Assembly (NCBI RefSeq): GCF_001447785.1
Contig: NW_015160915.1
Coordinates: 181,960-245,959, forward strand
Source: Gekko japonicus
Taxonomy: Eukaryota
Direction: 5' to 3'
Length of the DNA: 64,000 nucleotides
Made by a program: the position numbers and the translations under genes. Under the pieces are notes generated by a model that was given only the letters and a program-made list of their open reading frames with translations, searched no databases and was not told the DNA's origin. How positions within the stretch are numbered: the stretch's first letter is position 1; each line of letters starts with the position of its first letter. Shown here piece after piece: positions 45,194 through 57,708 of this stretch.

Positions 45194-46790
45194 CATTTCC
45201 TCAGTCTTTTGTTTTCTAATATGAACAGCTTCTCTAATTATCCAGCCACTAGCATAGGCCTTGAATGCATCCCACAAAGTTCTAATGGAAATATCTGGTT
45301 GTATATTTTAATTAAAAAACAATTCCTTTTTAGTCTCTGTTACAAACTTTTCATTCTTCAATAAAAACGTATTTAACATCCATCGGCTTTTCTTTGGTGT
45401 ATCTTGTAGTGTAAGAACAACAGAATTGTGATCTGCAAAAGTTGCTGGTAATATTTCTGCTGCTAATAAATCATTTACAATTCTTGACGATATTCAGCAC
45501 ATATGTATTCTTGACCATGACTTATTCTCACTGAATAGAAAGTAAAGTAATTTTTATTGGGATTTCTCACTTTTTAAGAGTCCACCAGACTATTTTCTTC
45601 TGTCAGTTGTAAGAAAGAGTTTGGGAGTTCATTGCCTTTTTTGTTTTCCAGTTGTTGTTTTTCTGTCGGGAAGTCTATCAAATACTGCATTGTAATCTCC
45701 AATCAAACAAATATCATCAAAGTTTTGTTTAGAAATAAATTCTTGCAGACGTTTATAAAACTTATCCTGATGTTGATTTGGTGCATATATATTTACAACC
45801 AAGGTTACTTGTCTTTGTCTTTGTATTATCAAAATTCTGCCATCTTCAGAACTATAGAGCATCTCAGGGTGTTGGTGTTCTTTCGCATATGTAACTACAC
45901 CTCTTTTCTTCTTTTCCTTATCAGAAGAAATAAAAGCTTTTCCAAAGTTTTTGATTTCTAAATGTTTTTGGTCTGTCTGTTTTATATGAGTCTCTTGTAG
46001 GCATATAACATCCAATTGCATCTTTTTTAATTGCTGAAATATCTGCCTTCTTTTTTGAGGTGTATTCAATCCATTAACATTTATTGAAATTATCTTCATT
46101 TTTCTTCTATCCATCTTGAGGTTGTGTGTTTGTATCATCTTCACTCTTGTGTTGAAGCCTTGTAACTATCTGTGATGCTGGAATCTATGCTGCGTTCTTG
46201 GTTTTTATGGTTGTCCGTGAAGCTCCTTGTACATTCTGATCTTCTTCCATTCGTCTCTGGCTCCTCCTCCTCCTCAATCATCAGCTCTTCTCCATGAGTT
46301 TTAATTAAATCTTCTGCCTTAAACATTGAGTTGATTCTATATCTTTTCCCTTTAAAAGTAAAAAGGATACCTTCCAGGAGTAGTCATTTATAAGTGATCT
46401 CATTTTTTTCTCAAAAAGTCCATGTATTCTTTCCTTTTCTCTCTCACTCTCCATGGGATTTCTTTCAAAATCTTTATTTCTGTGTCTTCTATTTGGAGTT
46501 TAGTTTGCAAATCTAAGTATTTCATCTCAGTGTTCTTTTATGAAATCTTACATGTACTTCTCTGGGAAGGTTGTTTCTTTTTGCATATGCTGAATTCATT
46601 CTGTAGGCCAAATCAATTTCATTATACACTTCATCTATGTTTTCTGTACCCATATATTTGGCCAAGGTCTGTGCCATCACATTTTTTATATTTTCATCTT
46701 TCTTTTCAGGAACATTTTGAAATCTTAAAATGTAAGCTGCATTGTCCAGTTCTGATTTCAGGTGGGGGCTGTGGCACATGCGTGATTTCC
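45194..46790 (-). mobile_element. Degenerate L1 LINE: ORF1 C-terminus plus ORF2 APE endonuclease
   Basis: MKIISINVNGLN..DVICLQETH..VNIYAPN..GDYN (endonuclease) and LRFQNVPE..AYR..PREVHVRF (ORF1); multiple stops and frameshifts. Confidence 0.88.
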
Positions 46791-49700
46791 CAGCAGCGAT
46801 TCGCCACTGAGAACTTCAGGTGTGTGCACTGCTGCCACGCTCACTGTAAGCAGGGCGGCAGGCTCTGTGCCTGAATTCCCAGTGGTGAATTGCTACTTGG
46901 AAATCAGGCGCACGTGCCACAGCTCCACCCCACAGGGCGTGCAGCTGGCAACCACCTCTCTCCCTTTCCTCCAGCCAGATTTAAAGGTCCCTCCAGCTGA
47001 TCAGCAGGCCATGTGCTTCCTGCCGTTCAGGTGGAGGGGCCTATAAATCAAGCAGGAGGGGATGGAGAGGTTGCTGCTCTTGGGGGCAGGGCTTGGGTGG
47101 AGTTTGGGGCATCCCCGCCCAGCCTGGAATGACCCCAAATCCCCCCTACCGAAGCGAGGAAGGGACCTGGCAGCCCTAAATACCATACTACTAAAGGGCT
47201 TTTAAATGCCTTATGGAGCCGGTCTCCATTTTGAAATATGCATTTACAGGAAGTGAATTATACACTTATTAATGGTAATAAGAATTAATTAACGGTAACA
47301 GGATAGACGACACCAGCTTGATCTTGTCAGATTTCAGAAGCTAAGCAGGGGTGGCCCTGTTTAGTATTGGGATGGGAGACCATCAAGGAGTCCAAGGTCC
47401 CTGTGCAGAGGCAGGCAATGGAAAACCATCTCAGAAATTTATGGGACCAATAAGTCCTCGAGAGTATAACTGACAAAACTGGTACTTACATGAAAAATAA
47501 CTCATCCAAGACGTTCAGTGCAAAGTGGTTTCCAATTCTGTCTTATCTATCGGAGGAAGAATACATACCTCCATCTTGGAAAGACTACTTGAAATGGTTC
47601 TGAAAATCCATATCATAAAACATTCCTCAGTTGCAACTGAATCAGGGTTTTCATGGAGCAAGGTCATTTAAAACGTATTAAGTAGAACATCAACAAATAA
47701 TCTCTACATAGTCACTTCTAACAGTTACTCTTGATTGTATAGTATTCTCAAGCTATATACTTGTAATAATATTTTTAATGTACAATGTTTCAATTTTTCT
47801 CCAATATGATTAATGCAAATGTGCTCAAAAAAGCATTTGCTTACTAATTATTTACTCTGAAATCCTTATTACAGAAATGGTTGTATTTGTTAATATTCTG
47901 AATATATAATTAAAAAAATCAAATTTAAAAAAAAACAACCAACAGGGTCACCATACATTGGATGCAACTTGATGGCAAGGGGGGGAGAACCAAGAAAAGA
48001 AACATGGGAATGTAATGCTTTGAGCAGCTGAAATATGTCTAAAGGCATTTCTTCTGGTGATCTGATGAGGGCACATGCTGCAGCTTTGCTTTCATCTGTT
48101 TTCTACTTGATCATTTGTAAATAAAGCACACCCAGAGGCGATGTCATTACGCTGAGCACGTTGCTGGGGGGATGCTCTAGCATTTGGCCTGAAAATTCTA
48201 TGGTATCATAATGTTTCCAAGCCGAATGCTAGAGTGTCCACCGGTGACGTGCCTAGCATGATGACGTCCCTTCCGAATGTCCCAGGCTGGGAACTACCCC
48301 CCCCCCCGCTGCAACTGGTGAGCGACCTGGCAACCCTAACCTGCCTCTGAAGCCACATACCAAATCATTCAGAACCTCCTAGTTCCCCACAGTCTGCTGG
48401 CTGATGCAGCCTGCTCCCTATTGCTTCTGGGTCAAACACATGGAGAAGAGTCTCATTACCACCCGCTTCATGAAAACGAAGGGACTCGGAACATCCCGGC
48501 CTGGGTGATCTGCAGGAGCCCCCAGCCCATTGCTATTTGCAATGGAAGCGAAGGTTGACTGTTTGTGGCAGGCATAATTAAGCAGACCATAAAGCCAGGA
48601 GTCTCACAATTGGCCACCAGCTCCAGGATGATCATGGAAGTTGCAGTGCCAAAGATTGACAAAATCAGGACATCCCTACCCCTAACCTCCAGAATGCCCC
48701 ACCACCCCCCTTTCTACATTGTAAACTATAGTTTACTGTGGCAGGCAGGCATAACTCAATAGAAAATAAAGCGAGACAATACAGCCAGGAGAGGTAGTGT
48801 GGTGTCGCGGTTAGTGCTGGACTAGGATCTGAGACGAGATTCAGGTTCAAATCCCCATTCTGCCATGGGAGCTCACTGGGTGACACACTCAGCCCAACCG
48901 ACCTCACAGGGTTGTTCTGAGCTTTGTTTCCCCATTAGGGAGTGTCCTGATCCTAGGCCTGTAGTAGTGCCGCCTACAGGCTCTAGGGAGGCCTAATGAC
49001 TCCAGGGAAGCCTGTATTGAAGTAGCTATCAGGGCCTACATTTCCTAGGGCACCCTTTGGGCCCTGTGATTGCTAAGGGGGGATTTGGAGGGAAAACGTA
49101 TACCAGCAGAGGGTGGTGCCTGGGAAGGAGGAATAACAGGCCTTGCCCAAAGTGGGAAGCTGTTCACTCACAGGTAGGGCTGCCAGGTCCCCTATGGGAG
49201 CGGAGGTTTGCCTGCTCAAAGGGCCCCTTGGATCCGGGGGGGCAGTGGGCTCTGGCCCGTAGTAACATGGGGCCCGCGGGGCCCAGCCCCCTAGTGTTTC
49301 TTCTGGGGCCCCTCCCTCCTGGGCTGACCCCAAACAACTTACCACCTGCACTGTACTTTCATTTAATTAGCTGGTGGCCCCCCGAAGCCCCCTCCCAAAG
49401 AATTCCCTAGCTATGGGGCTGTGTGGGCACCCTGCCCCCCAAATGCCTGGATCAGGCCGACCTGCCCGGAGCAATGGTGTGACCCAGAGGTGATGTCATG
49501 ACGCTGGGCATGACGCTGCCGGGATGATCTAGCGGCCTGAAAACTCTATGGTACCAGTCTTGGGCATGTCCCCCGTCCTCCAAGAGGCCTGGAAGAAGAT
49601 GATAAAGACTCTGCAAGCACTCTAGAAAGTTCTTTGAGGGCGCTTGGGAGAGCCTCCCATCTAGCCCAAGGGCTTTGTACTCATTCAGTGCAGCCTCTAC

Positions 49701-50259
49701 TCCCCCCTGTATACTGTCCTCGCAGCCCTGTGAGATGGAGGTTAGGTTGAAAGGGAGTGGCCGGTCCCTCACTTGAGGCCCTGCGCCCTCCATTCTCCAG
49801 GCAGAGGCCACATCTGTCCCATCCCTTCCTTTCTCTCGATCTCTCCTGCTTTTAATCTGCACCTCTGCAGTCCTTCCGTGCATTTCGGCACAGCCTGTGC
49901 AAGTCAGTCGGTACTGGCGGCTCCAGGGGGCCTTCAGGCAGCTCCCGCTCTTTCCAGGGGACCTTCCGGGCCTTTGCTCTTTAGTCTGGATTCTAGAAGA
50001 GACCTGAAGGAGCCGGCGGCCTCGGTGAAGAACTGGCTGATAAACGAAGGCAACAGGGCAGGATGGATCCCGGGGGGGAGGGGGGGAGCCCGAAGTGGGG
50101 TAGCAGACCTGTTGCCTCGGAGGGCATCCGTGCCTCAACTATAGGCGTGCCCCCCTCCCCCCAGTGACTACTTTACAGATCCCAGAAGCCTCGAGGTCTC
50201 CCTCCTTCCAAAGGTAAGTTTTGCCCCTGGAACTTGCAGAAAGTCAACTGAGAAGTGGA

Positions 50260-51426
50260 GTCGTTTCCAGGAAAGGAAGCACCAAACTCGGCCTGAAAGC
50301 AGTAAAAAAAAGGAAGTAACCTCGTGGCTTTCTGCTGGGTCTTTGTGCACGCGTCAACCCTTTTTTCATGAAGGGGTTAAACTGATGTTGACGTATGCTA
50401 ATGAAAGCGAGTTTAGCGCTGAGGACCAATAAAATACCGAGAAGACCTTCCTGCCACAGAAGGGGAAGGTTTATTCGTAATCAGGTGGCCTTTAGCCTAA
50501 CTATTGACTGGTCAGGGCTTTTTGGTGGTCGTGCCGCTATCTTGCAAGGACGCAGTAGAAGTTTGGGGAGGGGGGATCTGCGTCCGTTTGTTCGGGAGTT
50601 AGAAGAGAAGACACCGCGCTGTAGACAAAATGGTGTAGATTAGGGAGGTAGATAGACTGTTCCTTATTTTCTCCTTTTCTTCCATGCAATCCCTTCCCTG
50701 GTTTTTCTAAGATCTAAACGCACTTGGCTGTGCTTTTATTTCTTTTTGCTGCTGCACAGATACTCTGCGCAGCAAGTCAGTCGAGACGCTGAGTCATTTC
50801 CAGGAAGGGAGACCCCCTCCTCCAACGCCGCTTGAAACTGATAAAAATGAAACTAACATCGTGGCTTTCTGCTGGGTTTTGGTGCACTTGTCATGAAGGG
50901 GTTAAGCTTGTGTTTACATATGCTAATGAAAGCGAGCTTAGCGCCGAAGACCAATAAGGTACTCGGAAGATCTTCCTGCCACAGAAGGCGAAGGTCCATT
51001 CATAATAACGTGACCTCCAGCCTGACCATTGGCTGGTCAGTACTTTGGTGGTCGTGCCTGCTATCTGGCAGGGACGCAAAAGGAGGAGTTTTTCGGGGCG
51101 GGGGTCCTCCTTTTTCCGTTCGGGAGTTGTTACAAGAGAAGACGCTTGAAAGTGGTGTCGATTAGCGGGTTTGTCTAACTGTTCTTTTTGTCTCTTTTTC
51201 TTCCATGTAATCCGTTCCCTGGTCTTTCTAGTAAAGTTCTTCTTAGAACTGAACCCACGAGGCCATCCATGCATTTATTTTCTTTTTGCTGCTACACGGA
51301 TACTCTGTGCAGCGAGTCAGCTGAGACGCGGAGTCATTTCCAGGAAGGGAAACCCCCGACCTCGGCTTGGAAGTAGTAAAAAAGGAAGTAATATTGAAGC
51401 TTCCTGGGGGGGGGGGGGAGGCGGCC
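50260..51426 (+). promoter_or_regulatory. Tandemly reiterated ~540-bp promoter module of TRIM gene 3
   Basis: TTCCAGGAA at 50265, 50798 and 51338. ATGCTAATGAAAG at 50395 and 50920, each followed by CCAAT. GGGAAACCCC at 51347. Confidence 0.7.
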
Positions 51427-51854
51427 ATGGCCAGCGGGGGTCCCGGGCGGGGGCTGAGGAAGTGACCTGTCCCATCTGCCTGGAGTATTTCAAGGATCCG
51501 GCCACGATCGCCGAGTGCGGCCACAGCTTCTGCCGGGCCTGCCTGACCCGCAGCTGGGGGGAGTCGGGGACCGCCGAGGCTTCCTGCCCCCAGTGCAGAG
51601 GAAAGGCTCAGGAGGGGACCCTCCGGCCGAATCGGCAGCTGGCCAACATCGTGGAAATAACTAGGAAGCTCAGCCTCCAGATGGAAGAAGGAAGGAAGGA
51701 AGAAGCCCGGGAGAAAATCTGTGAGAAACACCGGGAGCCCCTGAAGCTTTTCTGCCAAACTGATGAGATCCTCCTCTGCTGGGTCTGTGACAGATCCAAG
51801 GAGCACAAAAGCCACGAGGTGATTCCTGCCGAGGAGGCTGCCCAGGAATACAAG
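51427..51854 (+). pseudogene. TRIM gene 3 exon 1: RING + B-box2, out of frame with its Kozak ATG
   Basis: Gene 1 reads GAG CTC TGC GAG GAA; gene 3 reads GGG CT GAG GAA. RING and B-box residues are otherwise intact. Donor AAG|GTAGGA. Confidence 0.85.
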
Positions 51855-53403
51855 GTAGGAAACGGTGTGGACCATCTTGATGTTTCTCTGTAGATTTCCT
51901 TCTCTAAGTCCTGTGCTTCAGCTAAGATGGCCAGGGCTAACCTTGTGCTGCAGTAACTACCCCCCTCCCCCTCTAATGCTCTCATAGCAGCTCCCTTGAA
52001 AGCAAAATAATGGGGGGGGGGAGAGCAAGTGAGCACAGCAACAATACAAAGAGACCGAAAATTGTTGTGTTAGTGCCTGGGGTTTGCTGAGGAAAGCCCC
52101 CCCTAATATCCACATTTATGAGCAGGGTTGCATTCAGGCTTTATAGTATCAAGCACTGGATAGAATTGTCTGTGTATCTCCCATACCCTTCTTATTTCTT
52201 TGTTTGTTTATGCCATTTATCCTCTGCCTATCTCACAGGGACTCAAGGTGGAGTACTCATACTGAGCCAGTACGATCAACAAATAGGACATTCAGTAACC
52301 AACACAGTGGGATTTTAAAAGTCCAGAACTACCAAAAAGAATGGAAGTGTAGCATAAGTATTCACATGACACATTAAGTGGCACAGAAAGTACATAAATA
52401 GGACCCTAATTATGATAAGCTATGCACAACAGCATAGACCACACTCCCTAATCATTCATCCAAGCAAGTTTATAAAATTAGGTCAGCCGCATCCAAGTAA
52501 GAGGCCATTTTTCAGGCTAGGCTAAGTTGGTAGAAAGCCTTTTTCTTGAGTTTGGATCCAAGTCTGCCTGTGGGAATAAGTGTCTGTGTGAGAGTAGCAA
52601 GCTCAGGGCTGTCATTGCCCTGCAGCCTAACCTACCTCGCAGGCTTGTTGTGATGATAAAATGGAGGGGGGAAAGTTATGTTTTCTGCTACTCTGAATTC
52701 CATGGAAGAAGGATAAAATGCATTAAAAAAACAAACAGGTAAAGGAAAGAGAGGGGTGGGAAGCCCTTGAATCTTGCCTGGTAGCTCAGTGGGAAGGACA
52801 CTGCAGTGGGGAGGAAGGGGCCCAAGTCCCTCTGAGGGTAATGGAAGTGTCACTTTTGCAAGGCCAGGCCTACCTCTTGGAGGTCCAGCTTGCTGCAGTA
52901 ACTTTCAGGGGTTCTGTGGGGGGAACTGGGGTGACAAAATCCCCAGGGCCAAAGTCAGCTGGAGGGCCCCTGAAGCCAATGCATCCCGCTTTATTTGACT
53001 TCCAATGCAGTTCTGCACTGCCGCCACTAGGGAAGGTCAGCAAATATCAAGCTCTGCTTTCTGCTCCCTCTGCCTTTCTGCCAAGTTTACTCCTAGGAGG
53101 GAAACACTTGCCCATCCTGCTAAAACCCATCTACCAAGCCAGCACTGCAGCAAGGTCACACCAGCCAGCGCAGCTCAGGGCTGCTAGAGTCATTGCGGGG
53201 CTTCAGCCTCCTAACAAGGTTATTGCTTCCAGCGGTTTCCCTATTCCTTTCCTTCCACTCAGTTCATAGTTTGTCTGCTCCGTTGGATCTTCCCCTTTAG
53301 TATGTTGTTAAAAAGAAAACAACCTTTCCTCTTTTCTTAATTTCTCTTCCCCTTTCCCACACTTTTCTCCATTTTGCTCTCTTCCTTTCATGATATGCCT
53401 TCA

Positions 53404-53621
53404 ACCTATTTAGAAGATATTCTTAAGATTGATGCCAAGCAATCCGTTGACAGAATGTTGTATCGTTTACTGGCTTCACAATATATAGCGGTTATTGAAG
53501 CGGTTGCTAAGTTCTGTAACTGCCTTATAATGAGGAGGCTGTGTGTTAAATCCATGAAATGAATGGCGATTGTGTATGATTCGGATCTATGCCAATAAAG
53601 GTTTTGAACTTGACTTGAACT
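53404..53621 (+). mobile_element. Short 5'-truncated LINE 3' end
   Basis: 13-bp TSD TGATATGCCTTCA; AATAAA followed by a short-repeat tail. Absent from gene 1. Confidence 0.6.
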
Positions 53622-55394
53622 TGATATGCCTTCATGTCTCTCTCCTCTCTTCAAATTCCTTCCCCCTTATTTGTCAATCTCGGTCTCAGTGCCTCATTCC
53701 TGTCCTACCGGGCCCAAAAAACAGTCCTTCTTACAGTTGCCAAGTGGCCTGGAGAAAAATATCATGTCCCTTTAGTAAGTCATTTACCACCCATGATGGG
53801 AGCCCAGGGAGCGAGGGTGGCATGGTATAGCCCAGTCTCATCAGATCTTAGAAGCTAAGCAGGGACAGCCCTGGTTAGGACTTGGATGAGAGACCTCCAA
53901 GAAGGACAGCAGAGGAAGGCAAACGGCAAACCGCCTTTGCTTTTCACTTGATTTGAAAGCCCCTTGATGGGGTCCCCATAAGTCAGCTGCAACTTGAGGG
54001 CACTCCCCACAAAAATGGGAGTCCACGCGGGAAACATCCCTGTGTGACTGAAACATGCAGATCAAGCCCTCCTTCTTAGACCAAAGGGACAGGAGGAAGG
54101 AACAGAGAGTCATGCGATGTGCTAGTGGCAGACGTACCAGGTTGCAGCTTCCAAACCTCACTGCTCTGGCCTCCCTGTATGGAGCAATGGAAGCAAAACG
54201 GGTTGAGTGGGGGACGGGAATGTGATCATGCAAGGCCCTTTGCCCAGTCTCCCCCTGCCGAGGTTTGCGCGGTGCCAGCCCACTGCAGGTTGCGAGTGAA
54301 TGTGAGAGTATCACAGAAGACGTAAGTCTTATTGGCTTAGTGTAAAAGCTATATACATTCATTTACACAAGCCTCCACCAAGATCATACACACAACGACA
54401 AAATGCTCACGCAGACACCAGGTTTTCATCAGGAAGGGAAAGTACACTGTACATCATCACATATATACAAGCATTGTCCAATCAGGACCCAGTGCTGAGT
54501 CACTGTTAATTAGATCTGCTCCGAACTAGACAGAACCGGTTGGAGCCAGCTCTACTGACACTCTGAGCTGTCAGCTCCTGTCAAACAGATTGATATGATC
54601 TACAGCCAGACTTATAGAACACACCAACCCAAGGATGACAGCGACCCGCACTCACAGATCCTTCATCTTCCCAGACCTTGCAGAAGCCCACAGAACATCT
54701 GATTTGACTTTTCCTAAGGCTCAGTTCCATCCAATGCTGGATATCCTGTGAACAGAGTCTCCTCCTTGCAGGGTTTCCGAATGAGGCTGCCGCAGGAGGG
54801 GAGGTGAAGCCAGGGATCCCCCCACCTTTTTGAACCTGTGGGCACCGTTGGGGTTCTGACACAGGGTTGTGGGTGCAGCCACAAAAGAGCTGCCCCATGA
54901 GGTGGAGCCACACAAGGAAGTTGAAGTGTGAGGAGAAGAGGGGTAAATTAAAACACACACTGTGAGAAAGACAAGTGAGAGGAAACCCTGGTGACCATAA
55001 AATGAGGCTAATCTTGGGATATCTGGGGTGAGTTTAGTTTAGTGTATTTTTTTAAAATACTGCTCTTCTCCCCTTTGCTTGGGCTTCCTTTATGTGTTTG
55101 ACTGTGCTTCCTGTGGCAGCCATTTTGGGCTTTGGCTCCACCTCCTCTATCAGGTATTTGGGGATTGTGCTCACCTCCCCGTGTCAGAATTCCAAAGGTG
55201 CCCAGAGGCATATAGAGGCTCAACACACACACACACACGACCATGCAGGGCAGGCAACAGAGCCAAGTGCATCATTTCAGTGAACCCTTTCTCTGATTTT
55301 ATAGTTTTTTTTATACATATGCATAGCAAACCTCAAAAACCAACCAAAAAACAAACAGGAACTAATCCTGTTTTCTCATTTTTTCCCCCTTTAG

Positions 55395-55490
55395 GATAAA
55401 ATCTTCAATTCCCTGGAGACTCTGAGGACTGAGAGGGAGAAAATTCTGGAAGATATACAAGATGCTGAAGATTATAGCCAAGAAATGCTT
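55395..55490 (+). CDS. TRIM gene 3 exon 2 (96 bp)
   Basis: CTTTAG| DKIFNSLETLRTEREKILEDIQDAEDYSQEML |GTAAGT. Confidence 0.85.
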
Positions 55491-56555
55491 GTAAGTGCCC
55501 CAGTTGCTGGAAGTCAACAAGAACTGGGACTAATATCTCAAAAAACCAATATTCCATATGCAAGAAGAGTCCAAAACCAGAAGGGTAGTCCCAGTCCTCA
55601 GAATGGATATCTGTCATTGTGAATGGCCTGGTCTGTCACAGAACAGCCGTTCTAAGGGCCAAACTACAGATGCCTTTTTTCCTGCAGATTTTTTTCTTCT
55701 ACAATAGCTGCAGAAGGTGCAGTCTGGATCAGAAGATGGAGGAGGAGGGTCTTTGAAGGCATTTATCACCTCACTTTTTTTTTGGGGGGGGGGATTATGC
55801 CCCCACCCCAGATTTCCATGATATACACAAAAAGTGCAGATGGTAAAACAGTGCAGAGGGTCAGTTTTGGTGCGAAACTGCCGATCTTTGCTGCATTTTG
55901 CACAGGTAAAGTGATCCTGTGGGAAAGCTACAGATAACTGAACACCATGTTAGCCTCTGGAACAGGCTTTGGGAACACTTGCATGTGTGTATTTATTCAC
56001 AGGAAGCACAGTGTCTGCTGCTGTCTTCACCTTTGGGTGCATGTAAAGGGATATCAACATGCCATTTTTTCTTCCACCAGCCAGGTGTGCAGATGTGAGA
56101 AGCACCCACTGGTGACCAGAGAATCCCCACCTCCAATGGGGGCTTGTCTAACCTACCTCTTTATCATGCTGGATCTATGCAAAGTATTGATGTGATCACT
56201 GGGGAAAATCACCAGTGTCCTTTCTAACTGATTTGACCCTCCGAAAACAAATAACATTCATGACTCTTTCTTTCTTTCTGATTGGCATACAGTTTGGTGT
56301 AGTGGTTAAGTGCACGGACTCTAATCTGGGAGAACTGGGTTTGATTCCCCACTCCTCCACTTGCACCTGGCTGGATGACCTTGGGCAAGACATAGTTCTG
56401 ATAAGAGCTGTTCTTGAAAAAAGAGCAGTTTCTGTCAAGCGCTCTCTCAGCCCCACCTATCTCACAGGGTGTCTGTTGTGGGGAGGAGAAGGGAAAGGAG
56501 TTTGTAAGCCGCTCCGAGACTCCTTTGGGTAGTGAAGGGCCATGGGGTATAAATC

Positions 56556-56634
<79 letters not shown>

Positions 56635-56638
56635 TCAG

Positions 56639-56869
56639 AGAACAACAGAATCAGAGAGACAAAGGAGAGTGGCTGACTTCAGAATTCTACACCAGTTGTT
56701 GAATAAACATGAAAAAGATCATTTGGCCAAGATAGAGGAGGTGGAGAAGGAGATTGCAAGGAAAAGGGACGAGTACCTGGCCAGACTCTCTGAGGGACTC
56801 TCCTCTCTCGAAAGCCTCATCCAGGAGATGGAGGAGAAGCATCAGCAGCCAGGGAGCGAACTCCTGCAG
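56639..56869 (+). CDS. TRIM gene 3 exon 3 (231 bp)
   Basis: (TTTC)nAG| RTTESERQRRVADFRILHQLL...QPGSELLQ |GTGGGA. Confidence 0.85.
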
Positions 56870-57685
56870 GTGGGACACTGGTAGAAAATGTTCAGGATCA
56901 TCCTCAACTGGAGAGTATTTGCTAACCTTTTCTAATGAAAACAGGGCCACACTATGAAGACAAATCCCCAGTTCTTGAGTGAAGTGTGGTAGGCCTGAAG
57001 GGATTTCTGTAGCCTTCACCTACCTGGCAAAGATTCTCCATTTCCCTGTCTTTCATCACCACCATGAATGCAGAGTTATTTGCACTGGCAACGAAGTGTG
57101 CACATGCGAGTTTTCTGTACAGTTTCCTCCATCGGCTGCCATTTCCACTGTAATCCCCCCACCTGTGCCACTGGAGGGCTTTTAAAAAATCAATAGCTGC
57201 TATCTCCCTATAGCACAATCCCGTAACAATCTACTGCCACAGTCTGCTAGTTCCTCTGACTACCCAGCTGTCATTTCTTCAAAGAAGTGGCTAGTGCTTC
57301 TTTTTTTTTTTTTTTCATGGCTAGTCCCCTTATATCTTTGTAATGAAAAGGACTAGAGACCTTTTCCTAAAAGTGAAAGCTATAGCATGGTAGCAATCAG
57401 CAGTTGAAAAACAGCTCTTTGGTGGCACAGCAAGGAGAACAGCGGCCTTGATGGTCTGACAGATGGAAAGTGGTACTAATGTGAGCAGAACCTTGAAAAT
57501 AAGCAATGGACTGCATTGTTTGAGAAGAAACATACTGACAACAAGAAAAGGTTGAAAAGGGGACAATTGAAAGATGAGGGAATGTGAATGTTCCAAATAA
57601 ACCCACTGCAGAGAAAAATTTCCTTGTGCTGGTGTGGTCCGCGGCAGCCACTGAGTTTCCTTTTCTTTCTCTTCCTTCCTTCCAG

Positions 57686-57708
57686 GACGTCAGAGGCACC
57701 TTGCAGAG
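57686..57708 (+). CDS. TRIM gene 3 exon 4 (23 bp)
   Basis: CCTTCCAG| DVRGTLQ(R) |GTAAGT. Confidence 0.85.

Noticed and set aside
51171-51426. N-terminal extension rescuing the gene 3 RING frame
   Set aside because: It starts at a non-ATG codon in promoter sequence and has no in-frame ATG before the RING.
56288-56360. tRNA gene
   Set aside because: The A/B boxes belong to a SINE head; there is no cloverleaf, and a SINE body and tail follow.
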